DNA from: Pelagomonas calceolata
Lineage: Eukaryota
NCBI GenBank assembly: GCA_918797485.1
Contig: CAKKNE010000004.1
Coordinates: 4,526,001-4,590,000 of the forward strand
DNA length: 64,000 nt
Direction: 5' to 3'
Part shown: positions 20,453-31,900 of the stretch, piece after piece
How positions within the stretch are numbered: the first letter of the stretch is position 1
How the letters are laid out: each line of letters begins with the position of its first letter
Program-made: the position numbers and the translations under genes
Notes under the pieces: model-generated
Told to the model about the DNA's origin: nothing
Database searches by the model: none
What the model saw: the letters and a program-made list of their open reading frames with translations, nothing else

Positions 20453-21998
20453 ATGGAACGCCTCCTCCTCGCCAGCGTGAGCACCGCGCTGCTCGGCTAT
20501 GTAGCGTACGCGTTCCTCCGCCGCAACAAGAGCTCTAGGAAGCACGGCCGCGCCGCGCTCGCCGCAGACGACCAGCAATTCACGAGGCCGGCGACGGCAG
20601 GCGGTGTGTCGCAACGCATCGCGAAGGCGCGCGCCAACTGCTTCGGCCGGCAGACGTTCGAGAAGCTCACGGCGGAGGCGGCGGAGCTCTCGGCGAGAGG
20701 CGCCTTCTGGTCGGATCCGCTCTTCACGCATGACGACTCCTCGCTATTTATGGACCCAAGCCGCCCGCCGGAAGACTGGCTCCGCGACGGCGAGCGCGGG
20801 AAGGTCATCAAAGGGGCCGAGGTCGTGTGGTGTCCGCCGCCGAAATTCTGCACGGCCTCGCGACCTCTGGGCAAGCGCGCGCGCGACGGCGGCGCCACGT
20901 GGCTGTACGGGGACGCGGATGAGACGGGTGCGGTCTCGGCGGGCGCGAGCCAGAACGCCGACGACGTCGCGCAGGGCTCGCTCGGAGATTGTTACTTGTT
21001 GTCGGCCCTGGCGCTGGCGACGCGGGACAGCGCCGTGTGAGACGCTGTGTGGAAATCATGTTACGGGGACGACGTCGCGTCGATGGCGTGGGGGGCGCGT
21101 AATTTGATGCCCACACAGGTGCGACGACCTCATCGACGATACCTATGAAGACGTGGGGATCTATGGCGTCACGCTCTGCGTGCGCGGCAGATTCACAATG
21201 GTGTGGGTCGACGCGCATTTCCCGTGCTGGCGGCCTGCAAATGCGCACGGCAAGCACCGCCGACCTAAACCAATCTATGCGACGAGCACGGACCATAGGG
21301 AAATTTGGCCGATGGTGGTCGAAAAAGCGTACGCGAAGGTAGCGGGCTCCTACGAGGCCATCGGCCGCGGCGGTCGCGTCGCGCCAGCGCTCGAGACGCT
21401 GACCGGCGGCGCGGCCTGGTCCGTGGACGCGATGACCATCCCGTGGAAGGACCTCCGGCGCGCGGTCGAGGACAATGATGTGTTCGTCGGCGCCGGCTCG
21501 GAGCACAACCTATCTGAAAGAGAACTTGAGGGTGTCGTCGGCGGCCACGCCTACTCGATTTTACACGTGGTCGACGTTGGCGCCGACGCCGACCGCGTGC
21601 GTTTATTACTACTACGCAATCCGTGGGGGAAGAGCGAGTGGAAAGGCGACTGGAGCGACTCGTCGTCCTGCTGGCGCAAGCGGCCCGACGTCGCAGCCGC
21701 CGTCGGGAACAAGCGCTCGCACGACGACGATGGGCGCTTCTGGATCCAACTGCCCGACTTCCGCCAGCGCTTCCGCACCGTCGATCTGTGTCGCGTGAAG
21801 AACGGACAGCTGAAGGAGCGCAACACGCTCAAGGAGCGGACCGCGGCGGAGAGTGCCGCCGACGCCGAGGCGGCCGCCACCGACGACGACTGGCTGGCCG
21901 AGATACCGGGCGCGTCGCGCGCGAACGACTCGCCCAAGGCGCCCTCGAAGAAGAAGTCCAAGTCCAAGAAGAAGCACAAGAAGAAGTCCAAGCGCTGA
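20453..21998 (+). CDS. Calpain-family cysteine protease (catalytic core only), N-terminal anchor, polybasic tail; exons 20453-21036, 21119-21998
   Basis: QGSLGDCYLLSAL (Cys), GHAYS (His), LRNPWG (Asn), EKAYAK. Confidence 0.92.
21045..21118 (+). mobile_element. Introner element (74 bp); intron 21037-21118
   Basis: TIRs CTGTGTGGAAATCA / TTGATGCCCACACAG; TSD GTGAGACG vs GTGCGACG (7/8); splicing removes an in-frame stop. Confidence 0.92.
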
Positions 21999-22037
21999 CG
22001 TCCCGGGGCCGCGCGACCTTAATTAGAAGACTTTTTA

Positions 22038-22937
22038 TCAGATGCTTACGCGAGGCCGCCCGGGCAAGAGATCCTCGAGCGCCGCCCGAGCGATCGCCTC
22101 GGGCGTCAATTCGTCGTCCTCGTCGAGCGGCGGCGATGCAGGGATAGAGCGCTCCCAGAACGCGTCGCCCATCGCGGGCGCACGCGCCACCGCCTCGCCG
22201 TCGATCCACGTTCCGTAGCAAGTCAACCACTGCCACCCGGCGTCGAACCGCGAGAACGGCGCCAGGGCCCGCCCGTCCGACGTGGCCTGGCGCTCCCACG
22301 GCATCAGTAAGAAGCGCGCGGCGCAATCTACATCCCTCCGAGGCCACCGGAAGCTGTCCAAGCGCCGCTCGGCGAGTCGAACAGTAGAGGCCGGCATCGA
22401 CTGCTTCATCTGTATCACGCCCTCGCTATCGACCTCGATGGTCCACTGTCGGGTTGCGTGCTCATAAGCAACAACACGCCCGACCGACAAAGTGTGCCTG
22501 CCCTGGCGCGCGCCGTAGCCGCCCTGCGCGCCCGGGTGCGGCGGCGTGTGCTGCGAGTAGCGCACGAGCGCGCCGACGGGCGGTAAGACCGCGCCCTCGA
22601 TGAGCGCGGGGACGTCATAAAATTCGGCCTCGGCCACTAATTCTGCTCGTGTCGTCAGATCCATCCTATCTAGAACCGTGCGGCCCAAAGCGCCCCTCAA
22701 AAAAGTGAGCATCGTGTCGAACGCTTGTGTGGCGTCGCGGTCGACGAAGATGCGGCCCTGGGCGTCGCGCGGCGCGGCGAAACTTCCGGACGTCAATGCT
22801 CGCAGGAAGCCGCTGTTCTCGAGCGTCTGGCGCGTCGTCGTGTACGGCTTGCCGCCTATATTGAGCTCCACCAGACCGCTCCGGCCCATGATCAGCGGCG
22901 GCGGCGTGTCGGGGGGTGGCGGCGGCGTGTCTGTCAT
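22038..22937 (-). CDS. BTB/POZ (KCTD-type T1) domain protein
   Basis: LVELNIGGKPYTTTRQTL...IFVDRD...FLR...EAEFY. Confidence 0.85.
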   Translation of the reverse strand: MTDTPPPPPDTPPPLIMGRSGLVELNIGGKPYTTTRQTLENSGFLRALTSGSFAAPRDAQGRIFVDRDATQAFDTMLTFLRGALGRTVLDRMDLTTRAELVAEAEFYDVPALIEGAVLPPVGALVRYSQHTPPHPGAQGGYGARQGRHTLSVGRVVAYEHATRQWTIEVDSEGVIQMKQSMPASTVRLAERRLDSFRWPRRDVDCAARFLLMPWERQATSDGRALAPFSRFDAGWQWLTCYGTWIDGEAVARAPAMGDAFWERSIPASPPLDEDDELTPEAIARAALEDLLPGRPRVSI

Positions 22938-23251
22938 CGCTCTCGTCTGGCCAGATGGGGCTCTGAGCAGGTGTGGCTTGCAGTGCTTGGCCGCGCGCGT
23001 CGGCGGCGTCAAAATGCGCTAGATCTCGTGCAGCCTGCCAGATCTGTCGCGTGACGCTTTCGCCGCGATAGCTGCGTCCGCGGGGTGGCCGTACTGAGCC
23101 GTCTAAGAGCCCTGCTCTCTTGGCGCTGCACCAGCTCTCGATGTGCAGCTGGCGCACGGGTGCGAAACACAGACCGGCGGTTAGTTGATAAGCGACGGAC
23201 GCATCACCTCAAGCCTTTGCGAGCCCCTCGGCACGAATGCGCCGCGGCACG

Positions 23252-25102
23252 ATGCGCTACAGCCTGGCAGTGCTGCTCCTAGGTGGTGCAGCAGCGCTCA
23301 CGGCGCCGACGCTCGCGCCACCCTCTGTCCTCGACGGCCTCGCGCAGCTCGCGCAGCGCGCCGTGGCCGCGCCGGAGTATAGGGACCCGCGCGACGGCAC
23401 GTGGGGGGACAATCCCGTCGGCGGCGCGGCCGAACGCGATGGTAGCTGGCTGGATCAAGACACGCGCGCCGCGATCAAGGCGGCACTCGACGGCCTCGCG
23501 GCCCGCGACCGGCATGGTCTGGCGAAAAAGCTCACTGACCGAGGCTCGGCTTCGCTCGAGGTCGCGAGCGGCGAGCGATACTGCGTGCGCGTGCTGGCGC
23601 TGGAAGCGGGTGGCGCGGCCGTGCGCGAGACGCACCCGTCGGGCACGGTCGTGATGAGCCGGTGCGTCGCGGGCCGCTGCAGCGCAGTGCCGCTGCGGCG
23701 CATCCGGTACGACCAGCCGTGGGAGCCTCGGGTGACCTCGGCGCGCACGCGGCGCCGGAACGACGGGTGCTGGACGAGTTTAGGTGGGCCGCCGCGCGAG
23801 GTGTCGTGCTCCGGGGCGCGGCCCGCTCTTGTGCTATCTGTGGCCCTGAAGCCGCCAGTCGAGCAGAGTATCGCATTGGACGGCGGCGACGACGCGGCGC
23901 GACGAGGCGTTCTAGCGGACGACGACGCTGCTGCGTTTGTCGTCGCGACGGATGACGACGACGACGACGACGCGCCGCCGCCGTCGCCTCTGGCGCGGTC
24001 CGTCGCCGATCGCGTCGGCGGGCTCGACGCCGTCGTCGCGGAGCTGTCGCGTCGATTGTTAGCTTCGCGATTAGCGGGCGAGGCGGGCCGGCGCTTGGGC
24101 GTCAAACACGCGCGCGGCGCGTTGCTACACGGTCCTCCGGGCTGCGGCAAGACGCTCCTCGCACGGGAATTGGGCCGCGCCCTGGGCGTCGAGGACGACC
24201 GTATAACAATAGTGAACGGCCCGGAGCTGCTCGACAAATTTGTCGGCGTGGCCGAAGCTCGAGTGCGGGGCCTCTTCGAGCGGTCGCAGCAGGAGTGGGC
24301 ACGCTACCGCCTGAAATTGGATGGAGGCGCCTTTTCGCGGGATACGCGCCAAGTCGACTCAACTTTAACGCCGCCGCCGCCGCTGAACGTGGTCATCTTC
24401 GATGAGATCGACGCGGTCTGTCGCGAGCGCGGGACACTTACCGGGGATACGACCGGCGTGCGCGACGGCGTGACGGCGCAGTTGCTGGCTTGCTTGGACG
24501 GCGTCGAGGACGCGGGCAATGTTGTGGTCGTGGCCACGACGAATCGGCCGGAGTTGCTGGATCGTGCGCTGCTGAGACCAGGGCGATTGGAGATCCAGAT
24601 CTTCGTCCCGCCTCCGGACGCCTCGGGTCGGCGCGCGGTCTGGGACGTGCACGCGTCGCGCCTTGTGGCGGCTGGCGCGCTTGACGATGGTGCGCAGCGG
24701 TTTGTTGATGATCCCTCGTTCTTCGCGGACGATGGTGCGACCGACGGCTTCTCGGGCGCCGAGATCGAGGGTTTGGTGCGCGCTTTGGCGTCCTACGCAC
24801 TCGAACGAGCGAGTGCCGGAGCCGATGCTGTGGTGACGGCGAGCGACGTGAGGAGTGCGCTCGCCGACGTGGTCTCCGACCGCGCGGCGTCGAAAAAGGC
24901 CGCGTCGATCCGCGACGCGGCGTGGACGGAGCTCGCGGAGCTCGAGAGCAAATGGCAGGGGGGACCACCGACGGATCGCGCCGAGGTCCTCGCGTTCCTC
25001 GAGGCGCGCGCCTACGACGTGCGGGACATCTCGCTGCCGCTGCGGCGGGGTGACGTGGACGACCTCGTGGGGCACTTGTATCGGTATTTGCGGCGGGAGT
25101 AG
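23252..25102 (+). CDS. AAA+ ATPase with a single NSF-D1-like domain and a signal/plastid-type presequence
   Basis: GPPGCGKT, VNGPELLDKFVG, IFDEIDAVC, TNRPELLDRALLRPGRLE; N-terminus MRYSLAVLLLGGAAA-L. Confidence 0.85.
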   Translation: MRYSLAVLLLGGAAALTAPTLAPPSVLDGLAQLAQRAVAAPEYRDPRDGTWGDNPVGGAAERDGSWLDQDTRAAIKAALDGLAARDRHGLAKKLTDRGSASLEVASGERYCVRVLALEAGGAAVRETHPSGTVVMSRCVAGRCSAVPLRRIRYDQPWEPRVTSARTRRRNDGCWTSLGGPPREVSCSGARPALVLSVALKPPVEQSIALDGGDDAARRGVLADDDAAAFVVATDDDDDDDAPPPSPLARSVADRVGGLDAVVAELSRRLLASRLAGEAGRRLGVKHARGALLHGPPGCGKTLLARELGRALGVEDDRITIVNGPELLDKFVGVAEARVRGLFERSQQEWARYRLKLDGGAFSRDTRQVDSTLTPPPPLNVVIFDEIDAVCRERGTLTGDTTGVRDGVTAQLLACLDGVEDAGNVVVVATTNRPELLDRALLRPGRLEIQIFVPPPDASGRRAVWDVHASRLVAAGALDDGAQRFVDDPSFFADDGATDGFSGAEIEGLVRALASYALERASAGADAVVTASDVRSALADVVSDRAASKKAASIRDAAWTELAELESKWQGGPPTDRAEVLAFLEARAYDVRDISLPLRRGDVDDLVGHLYRYLRRE

Positions 25103-25155
25103 TTTGCCGGGCGCGGGCGGAGGCGTATTTAGTTCGGATGGTGGTTGGTTAATGA

Positions 25156-25449
25156 TTATGTGTTCTTCTTAACTAATCTCACGAATTCTCCGGTCTCCGA
25201 GGGACTCCTCAATCGCATTCGTGCCACTTCGAGGGATTTCTCGATCGACGAGGCGAGTGGGTGTGTACTTCCGAGCACGCGTCGTGCATTCGGTGCCAAC
25301 TCCTCGAGCAGCGTCACGGCCTCGCGGAGATCATCGAGCGTCAGGGTAGTGTCCATATAGAGCGCGAAGGCGTAATTGAACTTGATCAAGATCGTGAGGC
25401 GATGAGACTCTCCGAGGACGCGTTGCGAAACATGGACCCGAGCACGAAG
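25156..25449 (-). pseudogene. Fragment of a helical-repeat family (RVLGESH...LDDLREAVTLLEE...ARRVLGSTHP)
   Basis: Frame bounded by an upstream stop with no ATG before the conserved repeat; paralogous to the + strand fragment next to it. Confidence 0.55.
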
Positions 25450-25664
25450 TCACGTTGACCCTCCGCTGGAAATACGCGTGTGCGATCGGTGAGTGCTCTT
25501 TGTGTGATCCGAACGCCCTCCGCGAGGCAATTTCGATGCTAGAGGCCGTCTTAAAGATATCGCGTCGCGTTCTAGGCGCCAAATATCCTACGACGAAGTG
25601 GATTCAGGATAGCCTGACGTACTTCGGGCAATTCGAGCGAGCGCAGGATTTCTTTTTTAAATAA
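25399..25664 (+). pseudogene. Second, oppositely oriented fragment of the same helical-repeat family
   Basis: HGPEHEVTLTLRWKYA...ALREAISMLE...SRRVLGAKYP; no upstream ATG in frame. Confidence 0.5.
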
Positions 25665-25678
25665 CTTACTGTTTAGTC

Positions 25679-26998
25679 TCACAGAACACTCCTCGGCACC
25701 CGCGCCGCGAACACCCCGGGCTGCCCACGCATTGGCACGCCCCGGCCCAGCCATCGCGCGTCGGTGATCGTCGTGACGTATCGGCCCATCGCCTGTCCCG
25801 TCGCGCACGCCCCGGCTTCGACCTCGGGCGCGCAGCGATCGCTCTCGTCCGCAATCAATTCCGTCTTCCCGACGCGGACGACGGCTACAGCCTGGCCGCG
25901 CGAGAATCCTGAGGGTAATGACGTCACGCGGTCAATTTCCGCCTCATCAAGGCTACGTCCGAGGATCTCTCGATGCACGCCTCCGTCTGGATACGTTCGT
26001 CGCCCGACGTGTAACAACACCTCTTGACCCTCATAAGGAACAAACATAGTATGGTTCCGCGTCTCGAGAGTTTTCACGCCATGGGCCACGAGTCCAGCGA
26101 AGGGCATATTCATCGAGAAGATAGGCCTTTCGACCTCGTCGAGCGTGTCGCCGGCCCCGTCGACGGCTTCGACGGCGTCGCACTGGCGGCGCCCACGGCT
26201 GTCCACGCCGATCCTGACTTTTACCTTCATTCCCGGCGCCAATGCCACGTTCGATGCTACACTAGAGCCGTGGAAGAACACGTCGCCCTTCACGCCATCG
26301 ACGCGCACGAAGCCAAAGTTCTTCTCGTCCCTGAACATCTTGATCGACGCCGCAACAAGTCCCTCGGGCAGTGCCTCCGGCACGCGTCCCGGGGCGTCCA
26401 CTACGGTTCCCATGCCCTCCCCGGCCTCCTTCAGCCGCGAGAACTCGGCGAGGGCGTTCGTCCACACCTCGGTCGTAATGCCATCCGGGCAGTGGGCGCT
26501 GCACACGCCCATCTGGGCCACTTTTGCACAATTCCCGTACTTCCCATCGCGCGCATCATCAAAGAAGAGCATGTCGCCAAAATCAATCTCCGACTTCTGC
26601 TCGAGGTTGTTGAAATGTGCAATTTTGTCGCCCGTGAAGATCTCCTTGTACTCTAGCAAGTCATCTAACGATCGGCCAGCCACGGTGAAGTCCCGGAGCA
26701 GCTGGCGCGCCCACGGTCCTTTATTGGTCCGCGAGGCGCAGGCAAGCGCCGTGTCTTTCCACGCCTCGTCCGTGGCCAGCTCCTCGAGCGCGGCGCGCGC
26801 CCCGGCGTACAGCTTCACGTCTTGATCAGCCATGGGCCCGGGCGGACCGGCCGATGCATAGTTGGGCAGCCGTCTTAATTTATACAACTCAGGCGTCCAG
26901 AGCGTCGCGTCGAGGTCGAAGACGATGAGCTTCGGCCGCGCGACCAATGCCGACGCGGCGACGGCGTGCAGCGCGACTGCGATGCATCGATGCGGCAT
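25679..26998 (-). CDS. MDP-1-type HAD phosphatase + cold-shock domain + ASCH-like domain fusion, with signal peptide
   Basis: VFDLDATLW, ACASRT, MLFFDD (MDP-1); KNFGFV...DVFFH (CSD RNP1/2); MPFAGLVAHGVKTLETR (ASCH GxKxxExR). Confidence 0.85.
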   Translation of the reverse strand: MPHRCIAVALHAVAASALVARPKLIVFDLDATLWTPELYKLRRLPNYASAGPPGPMADQDVKLYAGARAALEELATDEAWKDTALACASRTNKGPWARQLLRDFTVAGRSLDDLLEYKEIFTGDKIAHFNNLEQKSEIDFGDMLFFDDARDGKYGNCAKVAQMGVCSAHCPDGITTEVWTNALAEFSRLKEAGEGMGTVVDAPGRVPEALPEGLVAASIKMFRDEKNFGFVRVDGVKGDVFFHGSSVASNVALAPGMKVKVRIGVDSRGRRQCDAVEAVDGAGDTLDEVERPIFSMNMPFAGLVAHGVKTLETRNHTMFVPYEGQEVLLHVGRRTYPDGGVHREILGRSLDEAEIDRVTSLPSGFSRGQAVAVVRVGKTELIADESDRCAPEVEAGACATGQAMGRYVTTITDARWLGRGVPMRGQPGVFAARVPRSVL

Positions 26999-27326
26999 TG
27001 TACTTGTTATCTATGCGATCTCGCAGCGCTAGGTGTGTTGAAGCAGTGCAGTGTGTGAGGCAGTGCAGAGAGCTTGCCTTCAGCGTCACGCAGCAGCCAC
27101 AGCGTTAGCGAAGCGCGTTGTGGTGCCAGAGAGACTACGAAATGACGGCGCACGCTTGCAAAGGCTATCACCAAGCGACGCAGTGCGAGCATGAGTGCTG
27201 GAGGCAAACACTAGAGACCATCACGCTGGTCGACGCGACGCTAACGAGTATAACAGGAGGATGATTCAAGATTTAAGGGGGAGGGGATGGAAGGGGGGAT
27301 TTCTTCGCGCGACCCGCCGGCGCGGC

Positions 27327-27909
27327 CTAGTTGTCCTCGCCACAGACCTTGATGACCGGCGAGTTGTCGGGGTCGAGGTCGAAGTGGTTCCATTCCACCG
27401 TGCCCAGGATCTTCTCGGGCAGCGCTTCTTCGGATTGACCCTCGAGGACGAAGGCGAGGTCCATGACCAACGACTTCGAGCAGGACTTGAGGATGCGCAA
27501 CGCGCCGGCGGCCGTCGACGACGAACTTAGTCGCGAAATGCCGCACCGATTGCGGAGGAATTTCCACAAACTCGAGCTTTTGGTCTCCACACAACCCGCG
27601 GCTCTCATAACGCCGCAGCAGCACGGACCGCTCGAGCGGGTTCGCGAAGGCCAGCTTCACGGAGTCGTCGCCGCCCCGCTCGAGCTTGAAGTGCACCCGA
27701 TGGAGGCCACCAGTGTAAAAATAACCGCGAAACACAACCCGTTTCGTAGCAATAAGCACTCGCGAGTCGCTCGCCGTTTTGCTCACGACACGCAGCGCCT
27801 GCAGGTCGGTCGGGGGCACGAAGCCGCCGATGGCGTCAAGGGCCCGGTGCGAGCCTAGGATCAGACGCGGATCACCGGCGTCCGACGCGTCCGCACTGTC
27901 GCCGTCCAT
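27327..27909 (-). pseudogene. Frame-broken ORF ending in an EDR2 C-terminal (DUF1336)-like fragment
   Basis: KSLVMDLAFVLEGQSEEALPEKILGTV is in a different frame from the upstream ATG ORF; no convincing intron found. Confidence 0.45.
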
Positions 27910-28071
27910 AAGAGTTGGGTCAGTCAGTCTGGAGTCAAAAACGTCGCGAGACTTAGACTCCCAGCCGACGAAGAAAGAATTAGTCACAAATGCTCTCAAG
28001 CATATAACGCGTCCTCTAAATGCGAGCTTACGGTAGCGCGACGCTCCTCGTAAGCCCAAGTTGTCCTGCAG

Positions 28072-28093
28072 CTAGCGGCCTGTAAGACACTAG
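28072..28093 (+). promoter_or_regulatory. CTAG-box motif copy (CTAGCGGCCTGTAAGACACTAG)
   Basis: Identical to the reverse complement of 46333-46354; upstream of thioredoxin. Confidence 0.75.
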
Positions 28094-28314
28094 GCATCCC
28101 TTAGCAAGCAAAGACAAAAAAAGGACTGACCGCACGGGTCGGCCCGTTAGGCGTCGTCTTGTGGCCCGCAAAATACTCATCAGTGACCTTAAGAAGCATA
28201 CACGACAGCTCCCTCGCTGTCCGTCCAACACAGCCCGTAGCAGCATCACAAGGAGCTCTACTCCATTGCAGCAAAAACAGCGCATACGTCGCAGCGAATA
28301 AATCACCGCCAAAA

Positions 28315-28773
28315 ATGTTTGTCATGGATGCAATCAATTGGCTCGTGGCGAGACCGGTCCTGTGCTTACTTATATTCATGTTCATCAGAAGTATGATCCA
28401 GAGCCGACAACCGTTCCCCGAAGCCGGCGGCCGCACGAAGGGCGCCCACTCGACGGCCGAGTTCGACGGCCTCGTGAAGGACGGCCTGACGCTCGTCGAC
28501 TTCTACGCGACGTGGTGTCCTCCTTGCCGCGCCTGTACACCAGCGTTCGGCGCGATGAGCATGAAATTGGCCGGCGCGGAATTTGTGAAATGCGACGTCG
28601 ACGAGTGTCGAGAGGTCGCGCAGCGCGAGGGCGTCTCGGCCATGCCCACATTCAAGATCTACAAGGGTGGGAAATGCGCCTGGACGTGCACGGGGTTCCG
28701 ATCGAGCGACATCGAGGCCAAGCTCCTCGAACTGGGCGCGACGCGAGCGACGGCGACGAACAAGACCGACTAG
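28315..28773 (+). CDS. Thioredoxin (WCPPC) with N-terminal membrane anchor
   Basis: LVDFYATWCPPCR, KCDVDE, SAMPTF. Confidence 0.92.
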   Translation: MFVMDAINWLVARPVLCLLIFMFIRSMIQSRQPFPEAGGRTKGAHSTAEFDGLVKDGLTLVDFYATWCPPCRACTPAFGAMSMKLAGAEFVKCDVDECREVAQREGVSAMPTFKIYKGGKCAWTCTGFRSSDIEAKLLELGATRATATNKTD

Positions 28774-28935
28774 TAGGACTACTAAGAAAACTGAATGAAC
28801 ACGACGTCGCCGAGCAACCCGGGGAAAGTAAACAAACAGTGCGGTTAATCCCAGCCCCCGCGAGACGTCGACGAAGCATCATCGCGGCGACGACGACGCC
28901 GGCGAGGCAGCAAGTGAGTCTGCGGCAGAGAACAA

Positions 28936-31900
28936 CTAGTCCTCGTCCATGGCGGCGGTAAGCGACTGGATCATCTTCATGTCCTCCTCGGCCACGTCCG
29001 CCTTGCGCTCGAACGTCGCGCGCACGAACATCATGACGTTCCGCTTCAAGCGCGCCCAGCCGTGCGTCCGCCAGTACTCGTCCTCGTCGGCCTGGGCCTC
29101 CTCCAGCCGGATCATACTGATGAACTCGGCCATCTCCATGCGCGCAACAGAAGCCGCGATGCGGCCCATGTAGCCTCTGAAAACACGTTCGATCGTAATC
29201 GCGGACGCCGTCATCAAGGCGTTCATCGCCTCCAATTCCGCGCGCTTCACGGCCCATCGCCGCGCCGCCTTCCGGCCGAGATGGCCGCGGTAGAAGGCCT
29301 GGAGCTTGGCACAGGCTTGGAGCTCGCGCTTCTCGCGCCGGACCTTCTCATGGAGTTTCGAGGCTGCTTCCGCCCGCTCCTTGGCCAAGCGTTTTCTAGT
29401 GCGCTCCTCGCCGACTTTGGCCCGATTCAGCACGTGCTGCATCTTCTTTTGCCGTTCTTCGAGCAGGGCCTTTTCGCGGCGCATCTTGCGTCGTTCTTCG
29501 GTCGGTTTCTGGGGGTTGCCTTCCGACGTAATCGCGTCGTGCGTGCCACTGAAGGTGTCGCGTTCTCGTCTGACCAGAGACATCGCTCTAAAGAACATCA
29601 GAGTAATACAGAACAGCCCGAATTTGAGCGTCGTCTCCGTAAAATCCAGGTGCTTCTCGTGGTCGTTCCCATCTTTCGCCACTTTCTCCGTGCCTAGTCT
29701 GAATTGCGCGTTCCGCTCGATCTTCTCGGCCTTCGTTCGCGGCGAACCTGTGACCGCTTCGTCTCGCTGTTCATTTGATCGTTTGGCGGCTCGATCTTCG
29801 GCGTCGGCCTGGGCTAGGACCTGGTCACTCCCGGCCCGCACGAACCCGTCGGACTTGAGCGATGGCACGTAGCCCGCCACGGAATACCGCGACTCCCGCT
29901 CCCCAAAGTGCCAGCCCTCCAACATCCATTCTAAAGCATCATCTACTATATCGGAGGCCACGACCATGGCCACGTAGCGATTACGTTCCCTTTCTAGCGC
30001 GCGGCGCGCCTGCGTGTGAACGATACCGTCGCGAAACTGCCGCACTCTCATGCGGCCGCGTCGACGGCGTCGCGGCGACGGCTTCGCGGCGACGCGGCCT
30101 CACCAAGACGCCATCGCCGCGAGACAAGTTGAAGGGCCATGTCCGGACGGCGGCACTCACGTTGTTCGTCCACATCATCGTCGCGTAGCCATGTAAGGCC
30201 TTGACCTCCATGTACTCCTTGTTCGTCGCGTGGGCGTCATGTAACTCCCTGTCGAGAGCATCCAAGCGAGACCGCATGGCCAGCTGCTTGTCCTCCCAGG
30301 TCAACTCATACAGCAAATCGTCCCGCCGAAAGTTCGGATTACCCCCGCGAGCCGCCGACAGAGGCACGTAACTCTCGAGCACCTTCACGTCGGGGTGCAT
30401 CCTCACGTAAACCAGCTCATCACTAATTTGTTGTCGTCGCTGCTTCACATGGTCCCAGTCGACGGACGAGGTCCACTCGCACACGGGCTTGCGACAGCCT
30501 AAACAAGCCTTGGGTCCTAGAGCTTGTAGCTCGGCTTCGAGCATTTTGGTCGCTTCGTCCTTGCCGGCCTCGGCGAGAGCCGCCTTGCGCTGCTGGAAGA
30601 CGTTCTTGCTCACATGATCAGGTTTTCTAATTCCAGTCCTCTTCTCCTTCTCTTCCTCGTCGCTGCTATCGGTCTCGAAGGCCGCGTCGGGGTCCTCCTG
30701 CTCCAGTAAGAAGCGAGTAGCTCTCTCTCGCTCGTAGACCTGCTCTCTCAGTAGACTATCCAGTTCTCTCTCGAGCTCCAACCGCAGCACCGTCGTAGGA
30801 TAGCGCTGCGGCACGCCGCCGTGCAAGACCGACGAGTTCATCTCCGGGTTCGAATTGTGCACAGCTTTGTCCATCTCCGACTGGAGCTGGCGACAGCGAG
30901 CATCAAGGTCCGTTTCGACACTTACTTTTTCAAAGTCCCGCGCGAGGCGGTTCTGCTGGCCGACGGCGGCCTCGCGAGACCGCTGTTGGAGCTGCTGTTT
31001 TTGAATAGCAAAAAACTCCGCAAAATCCCCATTATACTTCTTCAGCAACACGTGGGCCTTGCAGCGGTCCGCGTCCCAGGCGGCCTGCGGCCGAGCGGCC
31101 GCCCAGACCTCCATGATCTGCGGTCTCGAGAGGGGACAATTCCAATCGCGACCCTCCTCCGTCGCTAGTCTGGCAGCATCGTCAACAGTAGTAGTTAACG
31201 CAGAGGAAACGACCTGCCCGAACAAGTTGCCCATGCGCCCGAACATGGACTTCTTCTTCGCGACGGAGGGCGGGGGCACGTCCTCCGGGTCAATGGTCTC
31301 CTTGATGCAGTCGGCGGGCTTCAGATACGACTGCAGCTGGTCCGCGGTCTCCTGCGACTGGTCCTTCATAGATCTTAGTTTGAGGCCGTGCCAGAGCTCC
31401 GGGTTCAGGATCTTGTCCAGCGACGCCCACTCCCTTTCTTCTTTCGTCCAGGACCGCGGGTGCTTGAACCTACAGTTACCGGCCAGTTCGGGGTCAAAGC
31501 CCTCGGGGCCGACCTTCCTCCGATCCACCAGTAGTTGGGGGTCGTTGTGGAACCGCTTCATGAGCTTCCAGACACCTCTCTCTTGTCTTGTGAGCTTGTC
31601 AAAGGTGCATGCTGCCACCCTATCTAATTCTCCTTTAGCGTAGCCCGCCATGCCGCGACACGCGCGGGGCAGCTTCCGCTTCAGCGGCTTCAGGTTCTTC
31701 CGCTCTCGATCTAAGTCCTCAGCTGCTTCTTGATCAGCTAACCAGCCGTACTTCAGCGGCTCGCGGATGCGGTCCAAGACGGCCCACTGCTGCTCCGGTA
31801 AAGTGAGGGCGTTCCAGCCCTCCTGGCGGTGCCTTCTACGGACTTCCTCGGCGGGCGTCATCATCGACGTCACGAGGCCCTTGACGGAGGCCAGTTTCTT

